Shown here piece by piece: positions 10,246-19,225 of a stretch of 64,000 nt of DNA (position 1 is its first letter; every line of letters starts with the position of its first letter). The position numbers and the translations under genes were made by a program. The DNA is from Candidatus Omnitrophota bacterium. GTDB lineage: Bacteria > Omnitrophota > Gorgyraeia > Gygaellales > Profunditerraquicolaceae. Below the pieces are notes generated by a model. The model saw only the letters and a program-made list of their open reading frames with translations. It did no database searches and was not told where the DNA came from. The stretch spans positions 134,448 through 198,447 of the forward strand of contig JAQUOV010000001.1 in NCBI GenBank assembly GCA_028716965.1, read 5' to 3'.

Positions 10246-11200
10246 TTTTTACCTGTTCGGCTATCCATGCGTAAAGTATCTTAAGCCCGTCTTTTAACTT
10301 CATATTCGCATCCCATCCTAATCTTTCACGCATGAGCCTGTTATCAGAATTTCTACCGCGCACTCCTGTCGGCCCCGGGATATTATTTATCCTTAATTTC
10401 TTTCCCGAGATTTCTATCACTATTTGCGTAAGCTGGTTAATCGTGACCATCTCTTCTGAACCTATATTCACTGGATCACTCATCCCGGACCGCATCAATC
10501 TTAAAACACCCTCCAGGCACTCATCAATATACAAAAATGATCTTGTTTGCTTGCCATCTCCCCAAATTTCGATCTCTCCGTTATCGGTGGCTTCCGCTAC
10601 TTTCCTGCATATTGCTGCCGGCGCCTTTTCCCTGCCACCCTTCCAAGCACCTTCCGGGCCAAAGATATTATGAAAACGCGCGATGTGTACATCTAAGCCG
10701 TAATTTCTTTTGTAAGCTAAATACAGTCGTTCGCTAAATAATTTTTCCCAGCCATACTCGCTATCCGGCAGGGCAGGATAAGCTGAATCTTCAGAACATT
10801 TTGGGTTATCCGGATCCTCCTGGTTATAAGCCGGATACATACAAGCCGAAGAAGAATAAAAGATACTTTTTACTTTTGCAAGGCGGCATTGTTCAACCAT
10901 ATTCAAATTTATAGTTGCGGAATTATGCATTAGATCCGCGTCATGCTTACCGGTAAATATATAGCCTGCTCCGCCCATATCCGCGGCCAGCTGATAAATT
11001 TCATCAAAAGACGTATTAATAACTTTCTTCACAAAATGCGAATCGCGTAAATCTCCGATAATAAAATCATCGGCTATGGTTTTGCTGAATTCCGGGTATT
11101 TTAGATCTACCCCGAGCACCCAGTTACCCTCTTTTTTCAATCTCTTTACAAGATGGCTGCCAATAAAACCACCGGCTCCGGTAATTAATATTCTTTTCAT
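10232..11200 (-). CDS. GDP-mannose 3,5-epimerase (GME).
   Basis: Blocks FYSSSACMYP, ARFHNIFGPEGAWKGGREKAPAAICRK, TRSFLYIDECLEGVLRL, VNIGSEEMV and GPTGVRGRNSDN match plant GME nearly residue for residue. Confidence 0.8.
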   Translation of the reverse strand: MKRILITGAGGFIGSHLVKRLKKEGNWVLGVDLKYPEFSKTIADDFIIGDLRDSHFVKKVINTSFDEIYQLAADMGGAGYIFTGKHDADLMHNSATINLNMVEQCRLAKVKSIFYSSSACMYPAYNQEDPDNPKCSEDSAYPALPDSEYGWEKLFSERLYLAYKRNYGLDVHIARFHNIFGPEGAWKGGREKAPAAICRKVAEATDNGEIEIWGDGKQTRSFLYIDECLEGVLRLMRSGMSDPVNIGSEEMVTINQLTQIVIEISGKKLRINNIPGPTGVRGRNSDNRLMRERLGWDANMKLKDGLKILYAWIAEQVKNEIH

Positions 11201-11300
11201 ATTTGCCTTTCACGTTCACAATAAATTAGGGAACGTTCCTCTTTTCTGGAGAAATTTTACCCCTCTTCTAACTTAATTGTTATATTTTCTCAATACTCCA

Positions 11301-11375
11301 ATAGACAGTCTACATAACTCATAAACAGTGTACGTAATCCAATTAAAGATAGATAGTTATAAAAGAAATATTTCC
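11301..11375. repeat. Type-1 REP-like element (about 1.5 tandem copies): ATAGACAGTCTACATAAC / ATAAACAGTGTACGTAAT...GTTATAAAAGAAATATTTCC.
   Basis: Member of a dispersed family; see findings. Confidence 0.7.
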
Positions 11376-11379
11376 TTAA

Positions 11380-11664
11380 TTAATTACCCTTGTTTATCAA
11401 ATTTACAAGCAGAGTAATAATAACATCTCTCTCGCTGGGCTTACTTTCGGCAATCATCAAAGTTAAAGCAACTAAGGCGTTATCGGCAATACGTTTTGAA
11501 CCATCTTCCCTATACAAAATACTATTCTTCTCCAAGAACCACAGGAATATTGAGGCAGCAATTCGTTTATTGCCATCAATAAAAGAATGGTTTTTGACAA
11601 TGAAATAAATAAGGTTGGCCGCTTTTTCTTCAATACTTGGGTATAATTCTTTTTTATCAAATGT
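11380..11664 (-). pseudogene. Fic/Doc-domain segment (HSFIDGNKR). It is in the same frame as the RhuM ORF and separated from it by a single TAA.
   Basis: The minus-strand frame gives TFDKKELYPSIEEKAANLIYFIVKNHSFIDGNKRIAASIFLWFLEKN... with no start codon. The TAA at 11665-11667 is the only interruption from RhuM. Confidence 0.6.
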
Positions 11665-12384
11665 TTAATATATTGAAGATACCGAACTTTTAAATGACTT
11701 GTCGCGCTCTATGCCAAAAAGTCCCGAACCGCCAAACCTGTCTTTAAGTTTATTTACCGCCTCTATCGCGGCTCCATAGCTTAAAACAAATTTCTCTTCT
11801 TTTGAAGTTTTAGTTATTTTTAACCGCTTGTAATCATAGTCATCTAATAATCCCAATGCATAACTATAATCACTAATAACCTCAAGCAGGCCCATAGCTT
11901 CCCTATATTCAAGCTGCTTACAATCCTTCATGCTGCCGATAAGTTTAACTGCCTGCTGTAAATCCTGGAATTTTAAAGTTTGCTCTTTTAAGCGTTTTTC
12001 ATTTAAAGTATAGCCATTGATTATATGCTGTTTAAGAACATTTGTTGCCCAGATACGGAATTGCGTAGCACGAGAAGAATTAACTCTATAACCAACCGAA
12101 ATTATTACATCGAGACTATAGAATTTTACTGGTTTATCTGACAAAGCAATGTGCAAAAAATGCACATTGCTTTTTTCGTCTAACTCATTGGAATGGAAGA
12201 TATTGCCCAGATGCTTGGTAATAACGCTCCGCTCTGTTTTAAAAAGCTTCGCTATCTGCTCTTGTGAAAGCCAAACTGTCTCTTGCTCCAATTTAACCTC
12301 AAGCTGGACCTCCTTGCCTTTAGCCTGATAAATAACAATTTCACCCTTTGGCGATATTTCAGTAGTTTTATTTTTCATAGTCAT
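11665..12384 (-). CDS. RhuM-family virulence / Fic-associated protein (N-terminal part).
   Basis: KEVQLEVKLEQETVWLSQEQIAKLF...SVITKHLGNIF...DVIISVGYRVNSSRATQFRIWATNVL is the RhuM family signature. Confidence 0.65.
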   Translation of the reverse strand: MTMKNKTTEISPKGEIVIYQAKGKEVQLEVKLEQETVWLSQEQIAKLFKTERSVITKHLGNIFHSNELDEKSNVHFLHIALSDKPVKFYSLDVIISVGYRVNSSRATQFRIWATNVLKQHIINGYTLNEKRLKEQTLKFQDLQQAVKLIGSMKDCKQLEYREAMGLLEVISDYSYALGLLDDYDYKRLKITKTSKEEKFVLSYGAAIEAVNKLKDRFGGSGLFGIERDKSFKSSVSSIY

Positions 12385-12402
12385 CTTCTTGCATCATACA
12401 CC

Positions 12403-12455
12403 ATAGACAGTATATGTAATTCTATCTAATCTAGGTGTTTACAAAAGAAATATTC
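12403..12455. repeat. Type-1 REP-like element.
   Basis: CATAGACAGTATATGTAATT...GTTTACAAAAGAAATATTC, about 20 bp upstream of the RhuM start. Confidence 0.7.
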
Positions 12456-12468
12456 GGCCGGTGGATAG

Positions 12469-12984
12469 CTAATTTATATCAAATCTTGGCCTTGGCGGTT
12501 TAGGAGGCGGTTCAAGCAATCTCTTGATCGCTTCGAATATCACCTGAATGTCTGTTTCGTGCAATTGGTATTTCCGCTCTAGCTCCTCAAGTTTCTCTGC
12601 CAGTTCTTTATGTGTTAATAACAATTCCCGCAATTTCACGAATGCGCGCATAATAGCAATGTTAACCCAAACAGCCCGCTTAGACTTAAGTACACTCGAA
12701 AGCATTGCAACACCCTCTTGAGTAAACACATACGGTAAAAATCCTCCAAGATGTCGTACGCTAGGTATCACATTTTGTGATACCAACACCTTTGCCTCTT
12801 TCTCGTTAAGTTGAAACATAAAATCTTCCGGAAAGCGTGATCGGTTCCTCTTCACGGCTTGATTCAAAGCTCCTGTAGTAACGCCATACAAATCCGCTAA
12901 AACTCTATCCAGCATTACCTTCCTGCCCCTTACTAATAAAATCTTTGTTGCTACCACTTCTGCCGAAATCTCCTTATAGCTCAT
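12469..12984 (-). CDS. ORF6N-domain (KilA-N-like) protein.
   Basis: VRGRKVMLDRVLADLYGVTTGALNQAVKRNRSRFPEDFMFQL is the ORF6N signature. Confidence 0.65.
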   Translation of the reverse strand: MSYKEISAEVVATKILLVRGRKVMLDRVLADLYGVTTGALNQAVKRNRSRFPEDFMFQLNEKEAKVLVSQNVIPSVRHLGGFLPYVFTQEGVAMLSSVLKSKRAVWVNIAIMRAFVKLRELLLTHKELAEKLEELERKYQLHETDIQVIFEAIKRLLEPPPKPPRPRFDIN

Positions 12985-13066
12985 TTTGGCCCCCTTTTTA
13001 CTATCAATAGACTCTAAAAGAGGCGAAATCTAACAAGGAAAATAAGGTAACGCTTCTACTTATTTC

Positions 13067-13117
13067 ATAGACAGTCTACGTAATTGTATTAAAGATAAGT
13101 AGTTACGAAAGAAATAC
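13067..13117. repeat. Type-1 REP-like element.
   Basis: CATAGACAGTCTACGTAATTGTATTAAAGATAAGTAGTTACGAAAGAAATAC. Confidence 0.7.
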
Positions 13118-13163
13118 TAGCGGGGGGCCCTTTGGCTTAATCATAAGAGATAGAAAATACACC

Positions 13164-13213
13164 ATAGACAGTATATGTAATTCTATCTAAACTAAGTAAT
13201 TACAAAAGAAATA
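13164..13213. repeat. Type-1 REP-like element.
   Basis: CATAGACAGTATATGTAATTCTATCTAAACTAAGTAATTACAAAAGAAATAC. It is the second copy in the same 250-bp spacer. Confidence 0.7.
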
Positions 13214-13232
13214 CGCGTTTCTGATTTGTGAA

Positions 13233-14039
13233 TTATTCTTCAAGTAAATTGACAAAAATCTTTGGCTCAAGCAAGCTTAGCTCACTGCTGTCTTCAAGAA
13301 ACCTGCTGACATCATTTCTTACCTTTGCCCAGTCCAAAGTTTTAACGGTTTTCTTAATTTCTGCTTTCCAGTTACCACCGGTAAGCTTAACCGGCTTCCG
13401 GGTTGTCTGAGCCATAGCGTTATTGAGCATAATAAAATTTGGCTCTAAGCCTTTAAATTTTGTCAGATACCATAACAAATCATACCAGTCCCTGCCCTTA
13501 GTGTATTTACGGCATAGAAGCGCGTGCACTTTACCGGCAAATAAAGAAGTTAAATCATAATGCAGCATATAAAACATGAAATTTGAATTATACACGCTGC
13601 TGGTTTCAATTCCACCAGGGGGCGGGTTGGAATCAACCTCTGCCTTAATGATAATTTTTTGCCTTTTCAAAAGGCTCAAGCCGGTTTCAAAAAGAATGCC
13701 CGGGAATTTCAATAAAGCGCTGTGCACGGCCTGGCTGTCGTCGTATTTAATCTCCAGATCATATCCTGCTAACTTAAACTCCTGCAGGATATTCTCTACC
13801 ATATCAGTAAAATTATAATTCTTAGCCTTAGTTGACAAACTAAAATCAAGATCTTCAGAAAACCGCTTGGTCCTGTAAATAAACCGCAAAGCGGTCCCGC
13901 CCGTGAAAACAATATTTTGATAAAATTTATTTTTATAGATAATATTCAGGAAATATGCCTGTAAATACTCCCTGACCCGGTTAAGGTTTTGATTTTGTGT
14001 TAAATTATGATCAACAATCGATTTGATGTAATCTCTCAT
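13233..14039 (-). CDS. AbiEii/AbiGii-family nucleotidyltransferase toxin (type IV toxin-antitoxin / abortive infection).
   Basis: FTGGTALRFIY...RFSEDLDFS motifs. It overlaps the AbiEi gene by 4 nt. Confidence 0.7.
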   Translation of the reverse strand: MRDYIKSIVDHNLTQNQNLNRVREYLQAYFLNIIYKNKFYQNIVFTGGTALRFIYRTKRFSEDLDFSLSTKAKNYNFTDMVENILQEFKLAGYDLEIKYDDSQAVHSALLKFPGILFETGLSLLKRQKIIIKAEVDSNPPPGGIETSSVYNSNFMFYMLHYDLTSLFAGKVHALLCRKYTKGRDWYDLLWYLTKFKGLEPNFIMLNNAMAQTTRKPVKLTGGNWKAEIKKTVKTLDWAKVRNDVSRFLEDSSELSLLEPKIFVNLLEE

Positions 14040-14677
14040 CTAAGTGTTTTATATCTCTTCTTTCCTGATTTAATAAAACCGGTGAATGACCGGGCAATAT
14101 CATTGGTTTTTTTATTATATTTGCGCCTGAATTCATTGAAACGCTTTAAATTTAGGCTTTCCAGGTTTTGAAACCTATAAGACTCAAATTCGCTCTCGCT
14201 GCCATCCATATTTTGATGAAAGTAGAAGAAATCCAGGATCGCTTTCTCAGGGTAAGCAATAAAATAACCCTGCCCTTCATCGGTTGCTTTAGTAAACCCG
14301 AAAAAAAGGTCTTCTTTGATTGAACGGTATTCAAAAACTCCTAAAGGAGACCTGAATTTTGTTGTTTTCTTGGTGGAAACAGAAGTATAAACCGTTGTTG
14401 CCTCCGGGATTAAATCATAATAACTCAAGGCATACTCAAGGCTGATATACGATGGCGAAAATAAGAAGTTTGAAATAAACCCCATAGATAATGGCTGCTT
14501 TCTAAGGTCATTGCTCAAGACGTAAACTCCGCGCTTAAGCAGAATAAGGTGCCCTTGCCTGCGCCAATATTGTACCTGGCAACGGATATTCTGCGGATCT
14601 TCGCCAAGCAAAGAAAAGGTTGAAGAATCAATGACCTGTTCTTTGCTGTATTTTTTAACAAATTCTGTAAGCTTCAT
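14036..14677 (-). CDS. AbiEi-family antitoxin / transcriptional regulator.
   Basis: About 210 aa with an N-terminal wHTH. It is located and overlapped as the AbiEi partner. Confidence 0.6.
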   Translation of the reverse strand: MKLTEFVKKYSKEQVIDSSTFSLLGEDPQNIRCQVQYWRRQGHLILLKRGVYVLSNDLRKQPLSMGFISNFLFSPSYISLEYALSYYDLIPEATTVYTSVSTKKTTKFRSPLGVFEYRSIKEDLFFGFTKATDEGQGYFIAYPEKAILDFFYFHQNMDGSESEFESYRFQNLESLNLKRFNEFRRKYNKKTNDIARSFTGFIKSGKKRYKTLR

Positions 14678-14854
14678 TTCTTTATATATATGATTTTATA
14701 TATCTACAGAAACAATTATGCACGATAAACTACACTTTGTCAAGTAGAATTATTGCATCCCCTCAATTATCCCCGCCGCATAGCTATATGTCCTCTTGGG
14801 ATTATCTATGCTCCTATGGGAAATTACAGCAAAAGTTATCCCCAACAGTATAAT

Positions 14855-14907
14855 TATAGACAGTGTACGTAATTTTATTCAAGTTAAGTAGTTACAAAAC
14901 AAATACC
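14855..14907. repeat. Type-1 REP-like element.
   Basis: TATAGACAGTGTACGTAATTTTATTCAAGTTAAGTAGTTACAAAACAAATAC. Confidence 0.7.
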
Positions 14908-14969
14908 TAAACAGATAGGAACAGCAACTATTATCCTTAACAGAATAATCTTCGCTGCCCCTGTTATCC

Positions 14970-15131
14970 CTATTCTTCTACTACTATGTTTATCTTTTTT
15001 ATAAGAGGAGGTAATTTATGATTTTCTGTATTATTAACCGTATATTGCCATTCATCATAATCAAAAGCCACCGCGTAACACCGAAAAGCCTCTTTTCCGT
15101 CAAACTTAACCAGAAATCCGCCTTCAGCCAT
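14970..15131 (-). CDS. Small hypothetical protein (53 aa) with a strong Shine-Dalgarno.
   Basis: GGATAGGAGGGGTGTAT precedes ATG at 15131, giving MAEGGFLVKFDGKEAFRCYAVAFDYDEWQYTVNNTENHKLPPLIKKINIVVEE. An antisense SD+ATG ORF also starts at 15018 on the plus strand. Confidence 0.3.
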   Translation of the reverse strand: MAEGGFLVKFDGKEAFRCYAVAFDYDEWQYTVNNTENHKLPPLIKKINIVVEE

Positions 15132-15175
15132 ATACACCCCTCCTATCCAATAAATACCCTCCCGAAACCGGCAAT

Positions 15176-16213
15176 CTAAAGCTTTTTTAATCTGCCTTCA
15201 TTGGTCCTGATCCAATTATAGATATCATTAAGGATCATTGAGGCTTGCTTCTGCGGCTTCCAATTTAATTCCCGGGTAACTTTCTTATTATCCGTAAGGT
15301 ATATCGCGACATCGCCCGGGCGCTCGCGCAGAATGCGGCCCACTTTAATCTTATTGCCGGTAATCTTGCGGCAAAGAGCGGTTGCCTCCAGCAGAGAAAG
15401 GCTTACTTCTTTTGTGCCGCCGATATTATAAGTAGTGCCGCTTAATTCAGAAAGGCTGTTTGCCTGCAGGTCAATTACCCGGCAAAGGTCATCAATATGC
15501 AAAAGGTCGCGCACCTGCTTGCCCTTGCCTCCGAAACCTATATATTTAAGCGGCCTTTTAAAATAGTGCGCCAGCATCCAGTAAGTAAACACCCCCTGGT
15601 CAACCTTGCCAAACTGCCACGGCCCGGCAACTACTCCTAAACGATCCACCAGCGCTTTAATCCCGTACGCAGCAATATACTCCTGCAGGATGAGCTCCGA
15701 CGACAGTTTAGTCGCGCCATACAGGGTTTTTGGCCCGGTTAAAGGAAAATCTGTATTAATGCCGGAAAATCCCGGCCATTCAAACCTATTCTTTGTTTCA
15801 AGGCGCCTGACCGCATTAATCTTTTCATAGGGATAAACCCTGCTTGTAGAAAGGAAGATCATCCCTGCCTTACGCTTTCGACATAGCTCAAGGCAGTTAA
15901 CAGTACCATTTAAGTTTGTGTCAATAATATAGGACGGATTCTGATAGCCTGCTAATACCGACGGTTCGGCAGAACACTCCAATATCAAATCTATGTCAAA
16001 TCTTAAGTTCAAGTCTTTGGGGCACCTGACATCGCCGCGGATAAACTTAATACCGCTTTCTTTAAGCCGCGGTAAATTAAATTCACTTCCCTTACGGATG
16101 AGATTATCCAGGACAAAAATCTTAAGAAACGGGTATTTTTGTTTAAAATATACCGCCAGGTTGCTGCCGATAAACCCCGCTCCCCCAGTTACTAAAATAT
16201 TATTATATTTCAT
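15176..16213 (-). CDS. NAD-dependent epimerase/dehydratase, CDP-paratose 2-epimerase (RfbE)-like.
   Basis: ILVTGGAGFIGSNL, DNLIRKGSEFNL, GKQVRDLLHIDDL and YNIGGTKEVSLSLLEA resemble the tyvelose-epimerase family. Confidence 0.5.
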   Translation of the reverse strand: MKYNNILVTGGAGFIGSNLAVYFKQKYPFLKIFVLDNLIRKGSEFNLPRLKESGIKFIRGDVRCPKDLNLRFDIDLILECSAEPSVLAGYQNPSYIIDTNLNGTVNCLELCRKRKAGMIFLSTSRVYPYEKINAVRRLETKNRFEWPGFSGINTDFPLTGPKTLYGATKLSSELILQEYIAAYGIKALVDRLGVVAGPWQFGKVDQGVFTYWMLAHYFKRPLKYIGFGGKGKQVRDLLHIDDLCRVIDLQANSLSELSGTTYNIGGTKEVSLSLLEATALCRKITGNKIKVGRILRERPGDVAIYLTDNKKVTRELNWKPQKQASMILNDIYNWIRTNEGRLKKL

Positions 16214-16221
16214 CTCATTAA

Positions 16222-16300
16222 GCAGGGGACGGTTCTTAACTCAATCGGAAACTGTCCCCTATACAGGGACACTTCTCCGATTGGGTTCAGAAACGTCCCT
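16222..16300. repeat. GGGAC-family palindromic doublet.
   Basis: AGGGGACGGTTCTTAACTCAATCGGAAACTGTCCCCT-ATAC-AGGGACACTTCTCCGATTGGGTTCAGAAACGTCCCT. Confidence 0.7.
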
Positions 16301-17357
16301 ACCTTTCTGATTTTTGCGCCTCGTAAATCTGCCTTATCGTATCTTCTATGCCAAATTTATAATTCCAATCCGGATAATGCGATTTGAATTTAGAAACATC
16401 GCTGATCCACCAGATATGGTCGCCTGTACGGTTTGTATCAATATATTCATAGTCAAGCTTCTTACCGCTTAACTTCTGGCATATCTCAATTGCTTCAAGC
16501 ACCGAAACATTGGCAAACCTGCCCCCTCCTATATTATAGACCTCTCCGCAGCGCGGGTTCTGGTAATAATGGTAGAAGGCATTGGCCAAGTCAAAAGAGT
16601 GCATATTGTCCCTGACCTGTTTGCCTTTATAGCCATAAATCTTATATTTGCGTCTTGCTACAGCACACTTGACTAAATACGATAAAAATCCATGCAATTC
16701 GGCTCCGGAATGCACCGGGCCGCTAAGGCACCCGCCTCTAAACACCCCTGTCTTAAGATGAAAATATTTTCCATACTCCTGCGTCATAATATCCGCGGCG
16801 ACCTTTGAGGCGCCAAAAACTGAATGCAGGCAATTATCAATGCTCATTGTTTCATCAATGCCTTTGAAATACTTATGGCCGATGGGTAGTTCAAAACGCC
16901 TTTCTTCTTCAATTAGGGGGAGCCGGTTAGGATTATCCCCATAGACCTTATTCGTTGAGGTAAAAATAAAAACTGCGCGGGGGGAGAATTTACGCATGGC
17001 TTCAAGCATAACCAGCGTGCCTTGGGCATTAACTCCAAAGTCAAGCGCCGGATTCTTTGCCGCCCAATCATGCGATGGCTGGGCCGCGGCGTGCACGATT
17101 AGAACAATGTCTTTATTGTACTTTTTGAATATTGAATTTATTTTATCCTGATTACGGATATCTACGCAGAGATGGCGGTAGTTTTTGTAAAGCTTTTGCA
17201 GGCGTTTTTTATTCCAAAGGGTTGAGCCGTCTGCGCCAAAAAAGCTTTTGCGCATATTATTGTCAATGCCGACGATATCAAAGCCTTTTTCGGCAAAGAA
17301 ACTAACGGTTTCCGAACCGATCAAACCGCAAGAACCTGTGACTAAAACGATTGCCAT
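16299..17357 (-). CDS. NAD-dependent epimerase/dehydratase, second CDP-paratose-2-epimerase-like paralogue.
   Basis: [50 protein letters not shown] and [18 protein letters not shown]. Confidence 0.5.
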   Translation of the reverse strand: MAIVLVTGSCGLIGSETVSFFAEKGFDIVGIDNNMRKSFFGADGSTLWNKKRLQKLYKNYRHLCVDIRNQDKINSIFKKYNKDIVLIVHAAAQPSHDWAAKNPALDFGVNAQGTLVMLEAMRKFSPRAVFIFTSTNKVYGDNPNRLPLIEEERRFELPIGHKYFKGIDETMSIDNCLHSVFGASKVAADIMTQEYGKYFHLKTGVFRGGCLSGPVHSGAELHGFLSYLVKCAVARRKYKIYGYKGKQVRDNMHSFDLANAFYHYYQNPRCGEVYNIGGGRFANVSVLEAIEICQKLSGKKLDYEYIDTNRTGDHIWWISDVSKFKSHYPDWNYKFGIEDTIRQIYEAQKSER

Positions 17358-17411
17358 GTTTTTTAACAGGGCATCTGCCGGTTAATCTTCCAAAGATAAC
17401 GGCCGCTGTCC

Positions 17412-18419
17412 CTATTTATAAAGCCTGTTGATATCTTTAAGCTTGCTTTTAAGCCAGGATTGATGTTTTAACGACCAGTCCACTGTAAGCTTAAGGCCTT
17501 GCTCCAGCTTAACAGTCGGCTTCCATCCAAGCTGCCTAGTAATTTTTCTTGAATTAAGGCTGTATCTTATATCATGGCCTAAACGGTCCTTCACAAACTC
17601 AAACCTCTTCTGGCTTACACCAAGGGTTTTTAATAATAACTTAACTGTATCAATATTCTTGCTCTCACAAGAACTGCCTAAATTATACGCCTGGCCGATT
17701 TTGCCCTTACGCATGACCGTCATAATGCCCCGTACGCAATCATCAACATAGAGCCATTCCCGCACATTTAAACCTTTGCCATATACAGGAACCTTCTCCT
17801 CTTCTAATATTCTTAATATAGCAAGCGGGATGAGTTTTTCCGGGTATTGCCAGGGGCCGTAATTATTTGACGGCCGGATAATTATCGCGGGGAAATTGTT
17901 TGTCCTGATATACGCTTGCACCAAAAGGTCAGCCGCTGCTTTAGATGCCGCGTAAGGGCTGTTAGGCTTAAGCGGAGAATTCTCGTTAAACTTACCGTTA
18001 GCAATCTCCCCATAGACCTCGTCGGTTGAAACAAAAATAAATTTCTTTATATTATATTTGCGGCTGGCATCAAGAAGCACTTGTGTTCCCTTGATGTTAG
18101 TTTCTACAAACGGGGTGGCATCATGAATACTGCGGTCAACGTGGCTTTCCGCGGCAAGGTGGAATACAATATCCGGCTTTTCTTTGGCGAAAATAGACGC
18201 GACTGCCTTTTTACTGCAGATATCGGCCTTATAAAATTTAAACTTGCCCTTTACCTCCTCAAGCCGTTTTAAATCCCCGGCATAGGTAAGTCTATCAACG
18301 ACCACAGGGACGTTTCTGGATCCAATCGGAGATGTGTCCCCGATAAGCAATCTTACAAAGGCGCTGCCGATGAATCCGGCGCCGCCGGTAACTAAGATTT
18401 TAGGTATTCTTTTACGCAT
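17412..18419 (-). CDS. rmlB: dTDP-glucose 4,6-dehydratase.
   Basis: ILVTGGAGFIGS, HLAAESHVDRSI, YAASKAAAD and NNYGPWQYPEKLIP. Confidence 0.8.
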   Translation of the reverse strand: MRKRIPKILVTGGAGFIGSAFVRLLIGDTSPIGSRNVPVVVDRLTYAGDLKRLEEVKGKFKFYKADICSKKAVASIFAKEKPDIVFHLAAESHVDRSIHDATPFVETNIKGTQVLLDASRKYNIKKFIFVSTDEVYGEIANGKFNENSPLKPNSPYAASKAAADLLVQAYIRTNNFPAIIIRPSNNYGPWQYPEKLIPLAILRILEEEKVPVYGKGLNVREWLYVDDCVRGIMTVMRKGKIGQAYNLGSSCESKNIDTVKLLLKTLGVSQKRFEFVKDRLGHDIRYSLNSRKITRQLGWKPTVKLEQGLKLTVDWSLKHQSWLKSKLKDINRLYK

Positions 18420-19225
18420 TCCTCTAAGATTGAGTTGATCTTCCTGACTTTAAAACCCGTTTTCTCAAGCTTGTTTGTGGATAAAATCAGGTTGGTCCTG
18501 ACTAAGCCTAATTTCTTTAAAGCAATTACCTTGTATTTAAATGCCGGGACGTATTTTTGGTAAACCTTCATCAGTGCAGGATACCGCAGCGAGCCTTTGT
18601 TTACCACATTATACACGCCCCGGGCATCAATCTTTATCAAATGCTTAATCGCGCGGATAAAATCCGGAAGATAGGTTACGGAGTTGGCAATATCAATAAC
18701 CTTCCTGTATTTTATAAGCTTATCCAAGACATTCTTAGGATGCTTGGTGTTAGATAGAGGTATGCGGATCCTGGTAATAAGTATATTATGACCCCGCAGG
18801 AGCGCCTCAATTGCCCTTTCCGCATATATTTTACTACGGCTGTAAAACAGGCTGAGGAAATAATCCCGGCTATCTTCTCTTATCGGGCTGTTTTCCTTGT
18901 AATCGTAATTAAAGATACACCCGCTGCTAATATGCACAAATTTAATCCTGTTGCGCAGGCAAACTTCAGCCAGGATTACCGGAACAAAACTATTTGCCAA
19001 TAAAGTCGCGTCCTTTTCCAGCTCACAATCATCCACGTTGCGCCGGCCGGTAATGCCGATACAATTAATGATTATTTTAGGATGGTATTTTTCTACCAGC
19101 TTCTCGGCGTCGCTAAAGCAATTTATCATTGAGCAGTCAACCCTGCAATTAAGCTCTTTTTGCAGCCTTTCGCCGATGAAGCCTTTTCCTAAAATCAAGA
19201 TATTTTTATTCATTATCAAGGACAT
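18392..19225 (-). CDS. rmlD: dTDP-4-dehydrorhamnose reductase.
   Basis: RmlD-like SDR of about 277 aa lying between rmlB and rmlA. Confidence 0.65.
   Translation of the reverse strand: MSLIMNKNILILGKGFIGERLQKELNCRVDCSMINCFSDAEKLVEKYHPKIIINCIGITGRRNVDDCELEKDATLLANSFVPVILAEVCLRNRIKFVHISSGCIFNYDYKENSPIREDSRDYFLSLFYSRSKIYAERAIEALLRGHNILITRIRIPLSNTKHPKNVLDKLIKYRKVIDIANSVTYLPDFIRAIKHLIKIDARGVYNVVNKGSLRYPALMKVYQKYVPAFKYKVIALKKLGLVRTNLILSTNKLEKTGFKVRKINSILEECVKEYLKS

Noticed and set aside
11665-11667. Possible stop-codon reassignment to explain the in-frame TAA in RhuM-Doc.
   Set aside because: TAA is used as a normal terminator by many genes in this window, and known bacterial recoding involves TGA. 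A nonsense mutation or pseudogene is more likely.
12469-14677. Prophage remnant suggested by the ORF6N and Abi genes.
   Set aside because: There is no integrase, terminase, capsid or tail gene and no att-like direct repeats. The region is better explained as a toxin-antitoxin/defence islet with REP elements.
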